51,745 bases of DNA from Candidatus Woesearchaeota archaeon (GTDB lineage Archaea; Nanobdellota; Nanobdellia; Pacearchaeales; GW2011-AR1): positions 34,294 to 86,038 of the forward strand of contig CAZFJM010000001.1 of assembly GCA_964519415.1 (NCBI GenBank), given 5' to 3'. How positions within the stretch are numbered: the first letter of the stretch is position 1; every line of letters begins with the position of its first letter. Made by a program: the position numbers and the translations under genes. Positions 25,360 through 33,960 of this stretch are shown here, piece by piece. The notes beneath the pieces are model-generated. The model was not told the DNA's origin and did not search any database. It saw nothing but the letters and a program-made list of their open reading frames with translations.

Positions 25360-25461
25360 TTTCCTCTTTTTATTTCCCTTTTGAAAAGGGTTCTTGTGCC
25401 CTCGCCGGGTACCATCTCTTAATTAATAACATATAAAGATTATATAAACCTTTTGAAAGAT

Positions 25462-27915
25462 TTATTTTTCCTTTAGTTCAGCCTCCAATTTAGCAATTTT
25501 TTTCTTTAATTCGACCATCTTCAATTCTCTATTAATTGCAAACTTATTAAATTTCTCAGCTTCCTCTGCTTGAACTTTTTCTAATTTTACTTTCTCTAAT
25601 TCTTCTTGAATCTTTTTTCTTTCAGAAATATCTAAGAAACAACCAATAATTCCAGCAATACTTCCATCTTTATTATAAAATACATTCTTAGAATAAATAA
25701 CCGGCCTTTCAACACCGTTTTTGTCTTTAATTTTATATTCGTATATTTGTTTAACAGGATTTTTCATCAATTCTAAATCTTTCTCATGATACATCTTTGC
25801 ATGTTCACTTGGCCATAACTCCATAACTGTTTTTCCCTTTATTTGTTCGGCTGTAACACCCATGACCTTTGTAAATTCTTGATTACAGCCCATATATCTT
25901 CCTTTTGAATCCTTATAAAAAGTTGGTAAAGGTATAGAAGAAAGCAAGGCATTTGCAAAATTATTACTTCTAGTTAGCTCTTCTTCAAGTTTTTTACGTT
26001 CAGTTATATCTGTAAATGCAACTACTATTCTATTCGGGGAATTTCTAAAAACAAAAACATCATAAGCTCCGGAGATTTCTCCAGAACTGTATTCAATAGA
26101 GGAGTCATGCCAAGATTTACCAGTTAAAGCTACATTAAGATAGGCCTTGGGAATTTTTGTATTTTTCAAACCAGGGAATGCTTGCTCAAGAGTTTTACCT
26201 AAAAATTTACTATGATCTATACCTATTGTTTTATCTGCACTAGGATTTGCCCCCATAAAGATTAAATTATTCTTTGAATCTAATTCATAAAGATACATAC
26301 TTATAGGGCTAAATTCAAAAATAGATCTAAACTTGTCCCCACTTTCTTTTATTTGTTCTTCTGCTTTTTTACGATCAGTAATGTCTATATTAGTACCAAC
26401 CATACGTATCGCCTTTCCATTTTTATCAAAGAAAGTCTGTGAATTAGCTTGGATATGTCTTATTTCCCCGGTTTTTGACATTCTGATCCTAAATTCAGGA
26501 CAATACTCTCCTTTCCCATTTATTGATGCCTGAAGCTCTTTCCATACACGAAGTCTATCTTCTTCAATAATCCACTTGCTCCACTCACCTGCGCCGCCTT
26601 TAAAGCCTCCAGGAGAAATACCATACATCACAGAGATATTATCGTCCCAGATTAAATTATCTTTAACAATATCCCAATCCCAAATACCAATATGTGCAGC
26701 CCTAGTCGCAATTTTAAGTCTTTCAGAATATTCTTCTACTTCCAACTCTGCTTTTATAATTTCATCAACATTTATAATAACACTAACAACCTGCTTTAAC
26801 TTTCCATTTTCAAAAACAGGATTAGCAGAATGAGAAATCCAATAAACTTTTTTATCTTTTCCAATAACTCTGTATCTAAAATTCTTAAAAGATTTACCCT
26901 TCAATACCATTGAAAGATGTTCAAAAATAGTCTTCCTATCTTCTGGATGGAAAATATCTTTACTTTTACCAACAAGATCTTCAGCCGGCCATCCAAAAAC
27001 ATCTATAGAGCTCGGACTTAAATAAGAAATAGTTTTATCCGGCAAGGTAAGCATCATAGTTGCCTTAGAGTTCTCAGAAATAAGTTTATACTTTTCTTCA
27101 CTTTCTTTTAATTCTTCATCTGCTTTCTTTTTTTTGCTAATATCCCTACAAATACTTATTATTGCCTTACTACTGTCAAAATTAATAAGTCTTGCATTAA
27201 CTTCCACAGGAATTTCTTTTCCAGACTTTGTAATATGTGCTGTTTCGAATATGGAACTTCCTTCTTTGAATACTTCTTTAATTCTAAGCGGAACATTTTT
27301 TGCAAATTTAGGAGAATCTACTTTTGTAGGAGATAACTGCAATAATTCTTTTTTTGTATAACCTAGTTTTTTACAAGCAGTATCATTAACTTCTAAAATT
27401 TTTCCATCTAAACTATGAATAAAAATAGAATCATTAGTACTATCAAATATAACTTTATACTTATTTTCACTTTCTTTCAATTTTTCTTCAGACATTCTTA
27501 ATTGAGTAACATCCCTATTACTTGCTCTAATTCCTAGATATTTACCTTTACTATCAAAAACTGGTTGACACCAATGATTAATATGTCCTATTTTTCCATC
27601 TTTCCTAATAATCCTAAAATTAACTTCTGCAGGTTTTTTATTAGAGTATACTTTCTTCTCATGATCTAAAAAGATTTTTCTATCCTCTGGGAAAATTATT
27701 CTATAAAGAAGAGGATCATCTTTCAAAAATTCTTCTCGAGAATAACCCGTTATACGTTTACAAGAAGGAGATGAATAAAGAAATTCTTTGTCAGGGCCCA
27801 TCCAATATTCCCAATCATAAGTATTGTCTGCAACAATTTTATACTTATCTTCGCTCTCTTTCAATTTCTCGGTAAGCTCTTCCCCACCCTTTTTTTTCAT
27901 ATTATTATCAATCAT
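25462..27915 (-). CDS. Multi-PAS (about six PAS/PAC) signalling protein with a C-terminal coiled coil and no recognisable output domain
   Basis: 817 aa. Six units are each introduced by a linker such as LKESEDKYK, LKESENKYK, LKESEEKYK, EEYSERLK, IKESGDKFR or EELTRSNNF, and are followed by PAC-like ...DIT[EDQ]RK.. endings. No H-box, HATPase, GGDEF or HTH seen. Confidence 0.8.
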   Translation of the reverse strand: MIDNNMKKKGGEELTEKLKESEDKYKIVADNTYDWEYWMGPDKEFLYSSPSCKRITGYSREEFLKDDPLLYRIIFPEDRKIFLDHEKKVYSNKKPAEVNFRIIRKDGKIGHINHWCQPVFDSKGKYLGIRASNRDVTQLRMSEEKLKESENKYKVIFDSTNDSIFIHSLDGKILEVNDTACKKLGYTKKELLQLSPTKVDSPKFAKNVPLRIKEVFKEGSSIFETAHITKSGKEIPVEVNARLINFDSSKAIISICRDISKKKKADEELKESEEKYKLISENSKATMMLTLPDKTISYLSPSSIDVFGWPAEDLVGKSKDIFHPEDRKTIFEHLSMVLKGKSFKNFRYRVIGKDKKVYWISHSANPVFENGKLKQVVSVIINVDEIIKAELEVEEYSERLKIATRAAHIGIWDWDIVKDNLIWDDNISVMYGISPGGFKGGAGEWSKWIIEEDRLRVWKELQASINGKGEYCPEFRIRMSKTGEIRHIQANSQTFFDKNGKAIRMVGTNIDITDRKKAEEQIKESGDKFRSIFEFSPISMYLYELDSKNNLIFMGANPSADKTIGIDHSKFLGKTLEQAFPGLKNTKIPKAYLNVALTGKSWHDSSIEYSSGEISGAYDVFVFRNSPNRIVVAFTDITERKKLEEELTRSNNFANALLSSIPLPTFYKDSKGRYMGCNQEFTKVMGVTAEQIKGKTVMELWPSEHAKMYHEKDLELMKNPVKQIYEYKIKDKNGVERPVIYSKNVFYNKDGSIAGIIGCFLDISERKKIQEELEKVKLEKVQAEEAEKFNKFAINRELKMVELKKKIAKLEAELKEK

Positions 27916-27938
27916 CTCAAATATTTAAATTATGCGAT

Positions 27939-29591
27939 TTAACGCTTATTACCTCCAAAATGTGATTTTCTAGGTAAACTAAAATAAAATACAGAACCTT
28001 TGCCAGGTTCACTTTGCACACCAATCTTCCCGTCATGAGCTTCAATAATTCCTTTACAAATTGCCAAACCCAAACCAGTTCCCTTTTGTTTTAAAGTATA
28101 TGATGCAACAACCTGTGAGAACGGCTGAAACAAAGTATTAATTTTATCTTTTGAAATTCCAATACCAGTATCAATAACCTTAACTAAAACCTTATCTGAA
28201 TTTTCTTGAGCTTCAATAGTTATTGAACCGCCCTCAGGAGTAAACTTTATAGCATTATTTAACAAATTATTAACAACCTGTCCAATTCTTTTAACATCTA
28301 TTAAAAGAGAATGCAATTGAGGGAGTTTAACAGATATACTAATATTTTTTTGTTTAGCAAGTGACTCATTGTTAGAAACAACTTGTCTAATTATATCAGC
28401 AACATTTGCTCTAATTGGGAAAATCTTCAAATTCTTAGATTGAATAACTGAAATATCAAGAACATCTCCTATTAATTGGTTAAGTGTTCTCATATTTCTA
28501 ACAATTAAATCAATACTCTTTTTTTGTTCAGCAGTAAGCTTCCCAAAATCACCTTCCTGTAACATTTGTGCCTGGATTAAAATTGGAGTTAAAGGAGTCT
28601 TAAGTTCATGAGTAGTAAATGATAAGAAATTATTTTTAAGTTTCTCTAAAGCTTTTAATTGGTGATATGCTTCATCAAGTTTCCCTTTTGACTCTTCTAT
28701 GTCTTCGAGAATATTAAGCGTTGCAATCTTTGCTTGATTTGCTTGACGAGTTCTTCTCTCCAAATCAAGTTGAGTATAGTATAACTCTCTTGTTCTTTCT
28801 CTAACTTTTTTTTCTAAATCTTCATGAGCTTCCTGTAATTGTTCGGCCATCTTATTGAAAGCAATCCCTAAAACACCAAATTCATCATCTGATTTTATAT
28901 TTGTTCTAACTTTAAAATTTCCTTTTTCTATTTGTTCAACTGATTCCCTAAGAGAAGTAATTGGAGAAGTGACATTATTTGAAATAAAAACCGCTGCTAC
29001 AAAACCAAAGAACAAGAATAATACTAAAAATAAAAGATCTGTTTTAAGAAGATTCTTTTCTCTAATAATTAATTCTTCATTTGTATAATAAAAAACCAAA
29101 AAACCTACTTTTTTATTTTCAATTAAAACTGGAACAGATACGACGAAATAACGATCTTTTTCAAAAAAATAAACATCCTCTCTTAAAACAAAAGAAAAAA
29201 GATCATCAGAAGAAAGACCTAAAAGCTCTCTAGGAAAAACACTATTCGTTTCAGTTAAAAGAATATTACCTGAAGAATCTATAAAATCAACTTCATCTAA
29301 ATTTGTAAACTTATCCAAAGTAGCTTTCAAAATAATTTTACCCTCAGATAAAACAAAAACATCTACATAACCATTCTTCTGTTCAAAATTATCAAAAGAA
29401 GACACTCTTTTGTTCAGTGCAAAAGTAAAATCTGCAGAAACAGTGTAAGCCCTATCCACCATATTACCTAATAAATAGGAACTAGTCTGATTATACTGAT
29501 TTATAAATGAAATTGCTTGTAAAAGTAAAACCAATAGAAAAATAAAAAAAAGAAGTTTATTACGTAAAGAATAAAAGCTTTTACGAGGCAT
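27939..29591 (-). CDS. Sensor histidine kinase (TM - extracytoplasmic sensor - TM - HAMP - HisKA - HATPase_c)
   Basis: 550 aa. Two TM helices flank a ~150-aa outer domain. HAMP: ITSLRESVEQIEKGNF...DDEFGVLGIAFNKMAEQL. H-box: FLSFTTHELKTPLT. N-box: NLLNNAIKFTPEGG. G-boxes: DTGIGI and GTGLGLAICKGIIEAHDGKI. Confidence 0.9.
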   Translation of the reverse strand: MPRKSFYSLRNKLLFFIFLLVLLLQAISFINQYNQTSSYLLGNMVDRAYTVSADFTFALNKRVSSFDNFEQKNGYVDVFVLSEGKIILKATLDKFTNLDEVDFIDSSGNILLTETNSVFPRELLGLSSDDLFSFVLREDVYFFEKDRYFVVSVPVLIENKKVGFLVFYYTNEELIIREKNLLKTDLLFLVLFLFFGFVAAVFISNNVTSPITSLRESVEQIEKGNFKVRTNIKSDDEFGVLGIAFNKMAEQLQEAHEDLEKKVRERTRELYYTQLDLERRTRQANQAKIATLNILEDIEESKGKLDEAYHQLKALEKLKNNFLSFTTHELKTPLTPILIQAQMLQEGDFGKLTAEQKKSIDLIVRNMRTLNQLIGDVLDISVIQSKNLKIFPIRANVADIIRQVVSNNESLAKQKNISISVKLPQLHSLLIDVKRIGQVVNNLLNNAIKFTPEGGSITIEAQENSDKVLVKVIDTGIGISKDKINTLFQPFSQVVASYTLKQKGTGLGLAICKGIIEAHDGKIGVQSEPGKGSVFYFSLPRKSHFGGNKR

Positions 29592-29592
29592 T

Positions 29593-30585
29593 TTAATCTA
29601 AGAAATACCCCGCATTTTCTTTAGTAACAATAATACCTGGAATTAATTTTTCAGATTTAACCATTTTATTATCTAGATAATCAAGAACTGTTTCTATACC
29701 TTCACGAGCCATCTGCTTAATAGGTTGAGCAACTGTTGCAGAAATTCTTCCACCATTTGCAATCTCTAAGAATACTTCTTGTAAACCATCAAAACCAACT
29801 AAAATAATATCCTTTCTATTATTTAACTCGGCAGCCCTCATAGCACTTAAAATACCAGGATCTGTACAACTAAATATTGCAGTAATGTTATTTGGTTTGG
29901 ATAATTCTTCACTTGCAAAAAGATAAGCTTTCTCTGCTTGCCAATCGGTATAATAAACTATTACTTGCATACCTGCACTCTCTGCTTTCTCTTTTACCCC
30001 GGTCTCTCTTGCAATACTATTTGGATGAGTTTTTTCACCGCATAAAATTAGAACAGTTCCAGAAGCATTAGTAGCCTTTACAATATAATCTCCCGCAAGA
30101 CGAGCACTTTCTAAATTGTCGGTAGCAATTAAACTAACAATCGCAGGACTTTTAACTGCAGTATCAATTGCAACAACAGGAATGTGTGCTTCATAAGCCC
30201 TGTCTAAAACTGTCATTAAAGATTGAGGAGAATTTGCTCCAATAATAATCCCACCAACCTTTTGATCTATTGCAAGATTTAAAGAAGCTATTTGCTCTTC
30301 AACAGAAGCAGTTTCAGGAGTTAAGTCCAAATAAGTTATTTTTCTTTCAGAAGCAGCCATCTCAGAAAATTTACCCATAGCAGTCCAAAAAGGTTGTTGT
30401 TCTCTTGCAAACCCTATATAGGCAATTATTTTATAAGAAGAAGTTGCAATAGAGCCGTCTTTAATATCTAATTTCAACGAATTTGGAACACTAAAATAAA
30501 TTTGAAAATAAAAATATCCAACAAAGAGTATAACAGAAACAAATATCAGTACAATATAAATCCAGTTATGACTCTTACCCATCAT
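29593..30585 (-). CDS. Membrane-anchored periplasmic-binding-protein (PBP type 1, sugar-binding-like) domain protein
   Basis: N-terminal TM WIYIVLIFVSVILFVGYFYF, then a RbsB/LacI-type PBP fold pattern (GGIIIGANSPQ, IPVVAIDT, TAIFSCTDPGILSAMRA, LVGFDG, ATVAQ). Its stop is 1 nt from the kinase start. The track start at 30588 is a GTG; ATG at 30585 is preferred. Confidence 0.7.
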   Translation of the reverse strand: MMGKSHNWIYIVLIFVSVILFVGYFYFQIYFSVPNSLKLDIKDGSIATSSYKIIAYIGFAREQQPFWTAMGKFSEMAASERKITYLDLTPETASVEEQIASLNLAIDQKVGGIIIGANSPQSLMTVLDRAYEAHIPVVAIDTAVKSPAIVSLIATDNLESARLAGDYIVKATNASGTVLILCGEKTHPNSIARETGVKEKAESAGMQVIVYYTDWQAEKAYLFASEELSKPNNITAIFSCTDPGILSAMRAAELNNRKDIILVGFDGLQEVFLEIANGGRISATVAQPIKQMAREGIETVLDYLDNKMVKSEKLIPGIIVTKENAGYFLD

Positions 30586-30633
30586 CACATCTCTTTGATA
30601 AACTAAGGATTAATATATATTTAAACCTTGCTC

Positions 30634-30660
30634 AAAAAAGAAAAAAAGAAAAAAAGAAGA
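30634..30660 (-). terminator. Oligo-T tract (minus strand) downstream of the Cys-rich secreted protein gene, archaeal-type terminator candidate
   Basis: The plus strand reads AAAAAAGAAAAAAAGAAAAAAAGAAGA, i.e. long T runs on the coding strand starting 13 nt after the stop at 30673. Confidence 0.45.
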
Positions 30661-30672
30661 AGTTATGCAAAA

Positions 30673-31035
30673 TTAAGCTAAAGCATATCTTGCAGTTTCA
30701 AAGAAATTATGCTTTATCTTTTTGCACTCATTCTTTGCCAACTTAAATTCTTTCTTGCACTGAGCTAAGTCAGTTTTATAGTCCTTACTACAGGTTTTCC
30801 TGTCGGAAGTACTATTCTTACAAGAAAAATACGTATCCTTCACTGAACGATAACAGTCATTCTTAACAACTGCATTCTGTGAAACACACTGTCCATAAGT
30901 AATGTTCTTTGCTTCTTTTACAGTAGCATTCATATCGGTAGAATTCTCTTCGGACTTTGCAGCCAAAACAAAAGAAAACATCAATACAAGCGCAAAACTT
31001 GCAATAAATGCAAATAACACCTTTTTAGTTTCCAT
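30673..31035 (-). CDS. Small secreted Cys-rich, Lys-rich protein
   Basis: 120 aa. Signal peptide LFAFIASFALVLMFSFVLAA and six Cys in the mature part. Own TATA-like element (31056..31067) lies 21-32 nt upstream. Confidence 0.55.
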   Translation of the reverse strand: METKKVLFAFIASFALVLMFSFVLAAKSEENSTDMNATVKEAKNITYGQCVSQNAVVKNDCYRSVKDTYFSCKNSTSDRKTCSKDYKTDLAQCKKEFKLAKNECKKIKHNFFETARYALA

Positions 31036-31075
31036 AAAATTAGAAGAGCCAAGAACTATTTAAATATTTGTAATT

Positions 31076-31495
31076 TTAAACTGCTTTAATTTTTTGTCCA
31101 AATAAATATAAGAAATTTTCAAATATTTTCTTTTGCTCTGCAGGGGTTAAATCTTTATCCAACATAGGATAGAACTTTTTATCTTCCAAAGCAATATGCT
31201 CTCTCATTAGCTTTTCGTACTTTTTAGCAGCAGAAGGATCTGTATTCATCGTAGATAAATATCCTCTTAAAGTTTCATGCTGTTCTAAAATATCTTTAAG
31301 TAACTTAAAATCTTTTTTACCCTCATAAAAAATCATTATAGCTTGTTCTTCAGCAGAAGCATGTTTGCTCTGAGAATCTCTTAATAATTCAAAAGCACCT
31401 TTCTTACCTTTAACAAAATCATCCAACAATTTGATCATCTTTCCGTGCTCAAGTTTCATCTTGACAGAAATTAAATCTCCTTTTACATCACCCAT
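31076..31495 (-). CDS. Hemerythrin HHE cation-binding domain protein
   Basis: 139 aa. Spaced H/E pairs: LEHGKM, SKHASAEEQ, EQHETLRGYL, REHIALEDKKFYPML. Own TATA-like element (31516..31526) lies 21-31 nt upstream. Confidence 0.6.
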   Translation of the reverse strand: MGDVKGDLISVKMKLEHGKMIKLLDDFVKGKKGAFELLRDSQSKHASAEEQAIMIFYEGKKDFKLLKDILEQHETLRGYLSTMNTDPSAAKKYEKLMREHIALEDKKFYPMLDKDLTPAEQKKIFENFLYLFGQKIKAV

Positions 31496-31573
31496 AAAAA
31501 AACTAAGAAGTTGGTTATTTAAATATCTTACTAATTCAGATATGTTTTTAAAGAAAGGATTTTATTAATTATC

Positions 31574-31696
31574 ATGGCAAGAGTAAATGATTTTGTTGAT
31601 CCAGAATACGACAGAAAGCTTGCAGAATATAAAGCAATGAAAGCAAGAATGAGGCAAGAAAACCCTCAACCTGGACAAACACAAAATAGAAAGTGA
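31574..31696 (+). CDS. Possible 40-aa ORF, unknown function
   Basis: Own translation: MARVNDFVDPEYDRKLAEYKAMKARMRQENPQPGQTQNRK. It fills an otherwise empty 270-nt gap. No other support. Confidence 0.2.
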   Translation: MARVNDFVDPEYDRKLAEYKAMKARMRQENPQPGQTQNRK

Positions 31697-31755
31697 ATTT
31701 CTACAATGAAAAAAAAGATATTAGTACTATTTGTAAAACAGTTTAATAAATTCAA

Positions 31756-31763
31756 AAGGAGGT
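31756..31763 (+). promoter_or_regulatory. Shine-Dalgarno sequence AAGGAGGT
   Basis: Ends 4 nt before ATG 31768. It is one of the few strong SD sites in the window. Confidence 0.55.
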
Positions 31764-31767
31764 AAAA

Positions 31768-31977
31768 ATGGAAAAAAATATCAGTAAACCAGACAGAACA
31801 ATAAGAGTTATAGTCGGCTTAGTAGCTCTATACCTTGCTTATTCATACAATGTTTGGTGGTTAGTACTTGCAGTGATTGCTTTAGCAACAGCAGCAATGG
31901 GAAAATGCCCGTTATATGCTATGTTCGCAAAAAAAAGCAAACCAGTTGCAAAAAAAGCAGTTAAAAAGAAAAAGTAA
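31768..31977 (+). CDS. DUF2892 (YgaP C-terminal-like) small membrane protein
   Basis: 69 aa. KPDRTIRVIVGLVALYLAY...LAVIALATAAMGKCPLYAMF matches the DUF2892 pattern (DR-x-R, two TM helices, C-P-x-Y). Lys-rich tail. Confidence 0.7.
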   Translation: MEKNISKPDRTIRVIVGLVALYLAYSYNVWWLVLAVIALATAAMGKCPLYAMFAKKSKPVAKKAVKKKK

Positions 31978-32019
31978 TTGCAAACAAATTTAAATTTATT
32001 TTTTATTTTATTTTAAAAA

Positions 32020-32364
32020 TTAAGGCCAAATTAAAACTTTGACTATCAAAGCTAAAACAATAGAAACAAATAAAGTCCAAATAGAATTAACTAAGACTTT
32101 AATGTACCTCTCACGAACAATAATTTCATCTCTATCAACCCATAATTCTCGGATAATACTCATAAATCCAAAAGCTGAAGAAACAAATAAAATAACTCCT
32201 AAAACAAATATTATTTCATAAAATAAAGAAACAATATTAAAATAACTTCCATTATTAAAAATGTCTCCTAACTGTTTTAAATAAGTATATCTTGCAGCTC
32301 GACCACCTATTACGAATGCAAATACCGAAAACATTATTTTCTTCTGAAGTGGTGTTATTTTCAT
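32020..32364 (-). CDS. Small membrane protein (3 TM), unknown function
   Basis: 114 aa with three clear hydrophobic helices. No recognisable motif. Confidence 0.45.
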   Translation of the reverse strand: MKITPLQKKIMFSVFAFVIGGRAARYTYLKQLGDIFNNGSYFNIVSLFYEIIFVLGVILFVSSAFGFMSIIRELWVDRDEIIVRERYIKVLVNSIWTLFVSIVLALIVKVLIWP

Positions 32365-32409
32365 AGAAATAAAGAGTTACCTTATTTTAAAAGCATTATT
32401 GTGATGAAC

Positions 32410-32847
32410 TTAAATTTTCTTTTTCATAATATATGCATGTTTAGAATATCCATTTTTCCCATAAAACTCAAGCGCATGCTCATTCTTACATCTAACAGTC
32501 AATCTAAACTCCTTAACTTTTTTATATTTCTCCTTAATAAAATCCTCGACAAATACCATCATCTCTCGACCTATACCTTTTTTATGAAATTTAGGCTCAA
32601 GCAAAACATGTTCAATTTCCACAGAATCCCCGTACGGATTTAAAACATAACCTATACACCCCACCAACTCTTTATCAATAAAATAACCAAAAACTTTTCC
32701 TTCCCTGAAAGTAAACTCAAAATATTCTTTTATTGACGCAGAATCCATCTTACCTAAAGAATCTTCAATGGGTTTGAAAGCAGAAATATTAAGTTTAACG
32801 AGTTCGGGAAGATAGTCCTTAGACAACTCTTTAATCATAGTATTCAA
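32410..32847 (-). CDS. GNAT-family N-acetyltransferase
   Basis: 145 aa. VEIEHVLLEPKFHKKGIGREMM gives the acetyl-CoA-binding Q/R-x-x-G-x-G/A motif in the expected position. ALEFYGKNGY follows. Confidence 0.75.
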   Translation of the reverse strand: MNTMIKELSKDYLPELVKLNISAFKPIEDSLGKMDSASIKEYFEFTFREGKVFGYFIDKELVGCIGYVLNPYGDSVEIEHVLLEPKFHKKGIGREMMVFVEDFIKEKYKKVKEFRLTVRCKNEHALEFYGKNGYSKHAYIMKKKI

Positions 32848-32849
32848 AG

Positions 32850-33830
32850 TTACTTTTTGTTTTTAATACTTTCTATTTTCTTACCAATTTCTTTAACAGG
32901 ACTAACAACATTACTTAAACCAGTGCTTTTTCCAAACTCCTTTAAAGGTTTAACAATTTTTTCAATATTCTCTGCAGCCTTATTACCAACAATAGATTCA
33001 AGAATATTTTGCCCAACTAATTTTTTAATTTCATCTATACTTCTTTTTGCAGCTAACTCTCCTGCACGAATAGCTGACTTTATTTTATCAAATTCTAAGG
33101 TACCTATATCCTCAATATAAACATTAACAACCAAATCAATTTTTTTATTAATTAAGTCATACTCTGCTAATATAGCTCCCTCTCGCTGAATAGAACTAGT
33201 AAACGTCTTTAAAATACTAGAGGCATTTTTTGAATCTCTTTTCTTAGTAGCTATTTCTCCCATAATAGGATCTTTATCATGAATAGCGTTAACATTTATT
33301 ACAATAACAATATCTGCTCCTGCCTTAGTTAAAACCTCACTAGGTATTGGATCAACAATTCCTCCATCAACTAATAATCTACCTTTATTTTCTACAGGAA
33401 CAAAGATACCTGGAAGAGAAATACTAGCACGAACAGCTTCAGCAACATTGCCTTTATTAAAAATTACCTCACGTTTACTTTTCAAATCGAAAGCAGTTAC
33501 AAATAAAGGAATTCTTACATCTTTAAATTCAATATCATCTATTTTCTTTTCCAACCAACGCTCGATCTTATCACCTTTAATTAATCCTTGACTTGGAAGA
33601 AGATTATAATCAAAGGCATTTTTCCAAGGTTTATCTAAAAAATCTTTTTCTAGCTTTTTTGCATTTGGCTCGGCAGAATAAATTGCACCAACAAAAGCAC
33701 CCATACTAGTACCTGAAATAAAATCTATAGGAATTTTATTTTTCTCTAAAATCTTTAAAACACCTATATGCGCTAATCCTCGAGCACCGCCGCCGCTTAA
33801 AGCTAAACCTACTTTTTTTCTCTCACCCAT
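32850..33830 (-). CDS. Patatin-like phospholipase
   Basis: 326 aa. LALSGGGARGLAHIGVLKIL (oxyanion G-G-G-x-R/K-G), GTSMGA (GxSxG nucleophile), LVDGGIVDPIP (DG[GA] catalytic Asp). Confidence 0.85.
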   Translation of the reverse strand: MGERKKVGLALSGGGARGLAHIGVLKILEKNKIPIDFISGTSMGAFVGAIYSAEPNAKKLEKDFLDKPWKNAFDYNLLPSQGLIKGDKIERWLEKKIDDIEFKDVRIPLFVTAFDLKSKREVIFNKGNVAEAVRASISLPGIFVPVENKGRLLVDGGIVDPIPSEVLTKAGADIVIVINVNAIHDKDPIMGEIATKKRDSKNASSILKTFTSSIQREGAILAEYDLINKKIDLVVNVYIEDIGTLEFDKIKSAIRAGELAAKRSIDEIKKLVGQNILESIVGNKAAENIEKIVKPLKEFGKSTGLSNVVSPVKEIGKKIESIKNKK

Positions 33831-33960
33831 AGTAATTAAGAAACAACAGCATTTATATTCTTTTTCTATATAAATACTTTAAACGGAGACATAGTCGAGG
33901 TTTAATGAATTTATGTTATAAAACATAAATACTTAAAAAGCATGAAAAAGGATAATAAAG

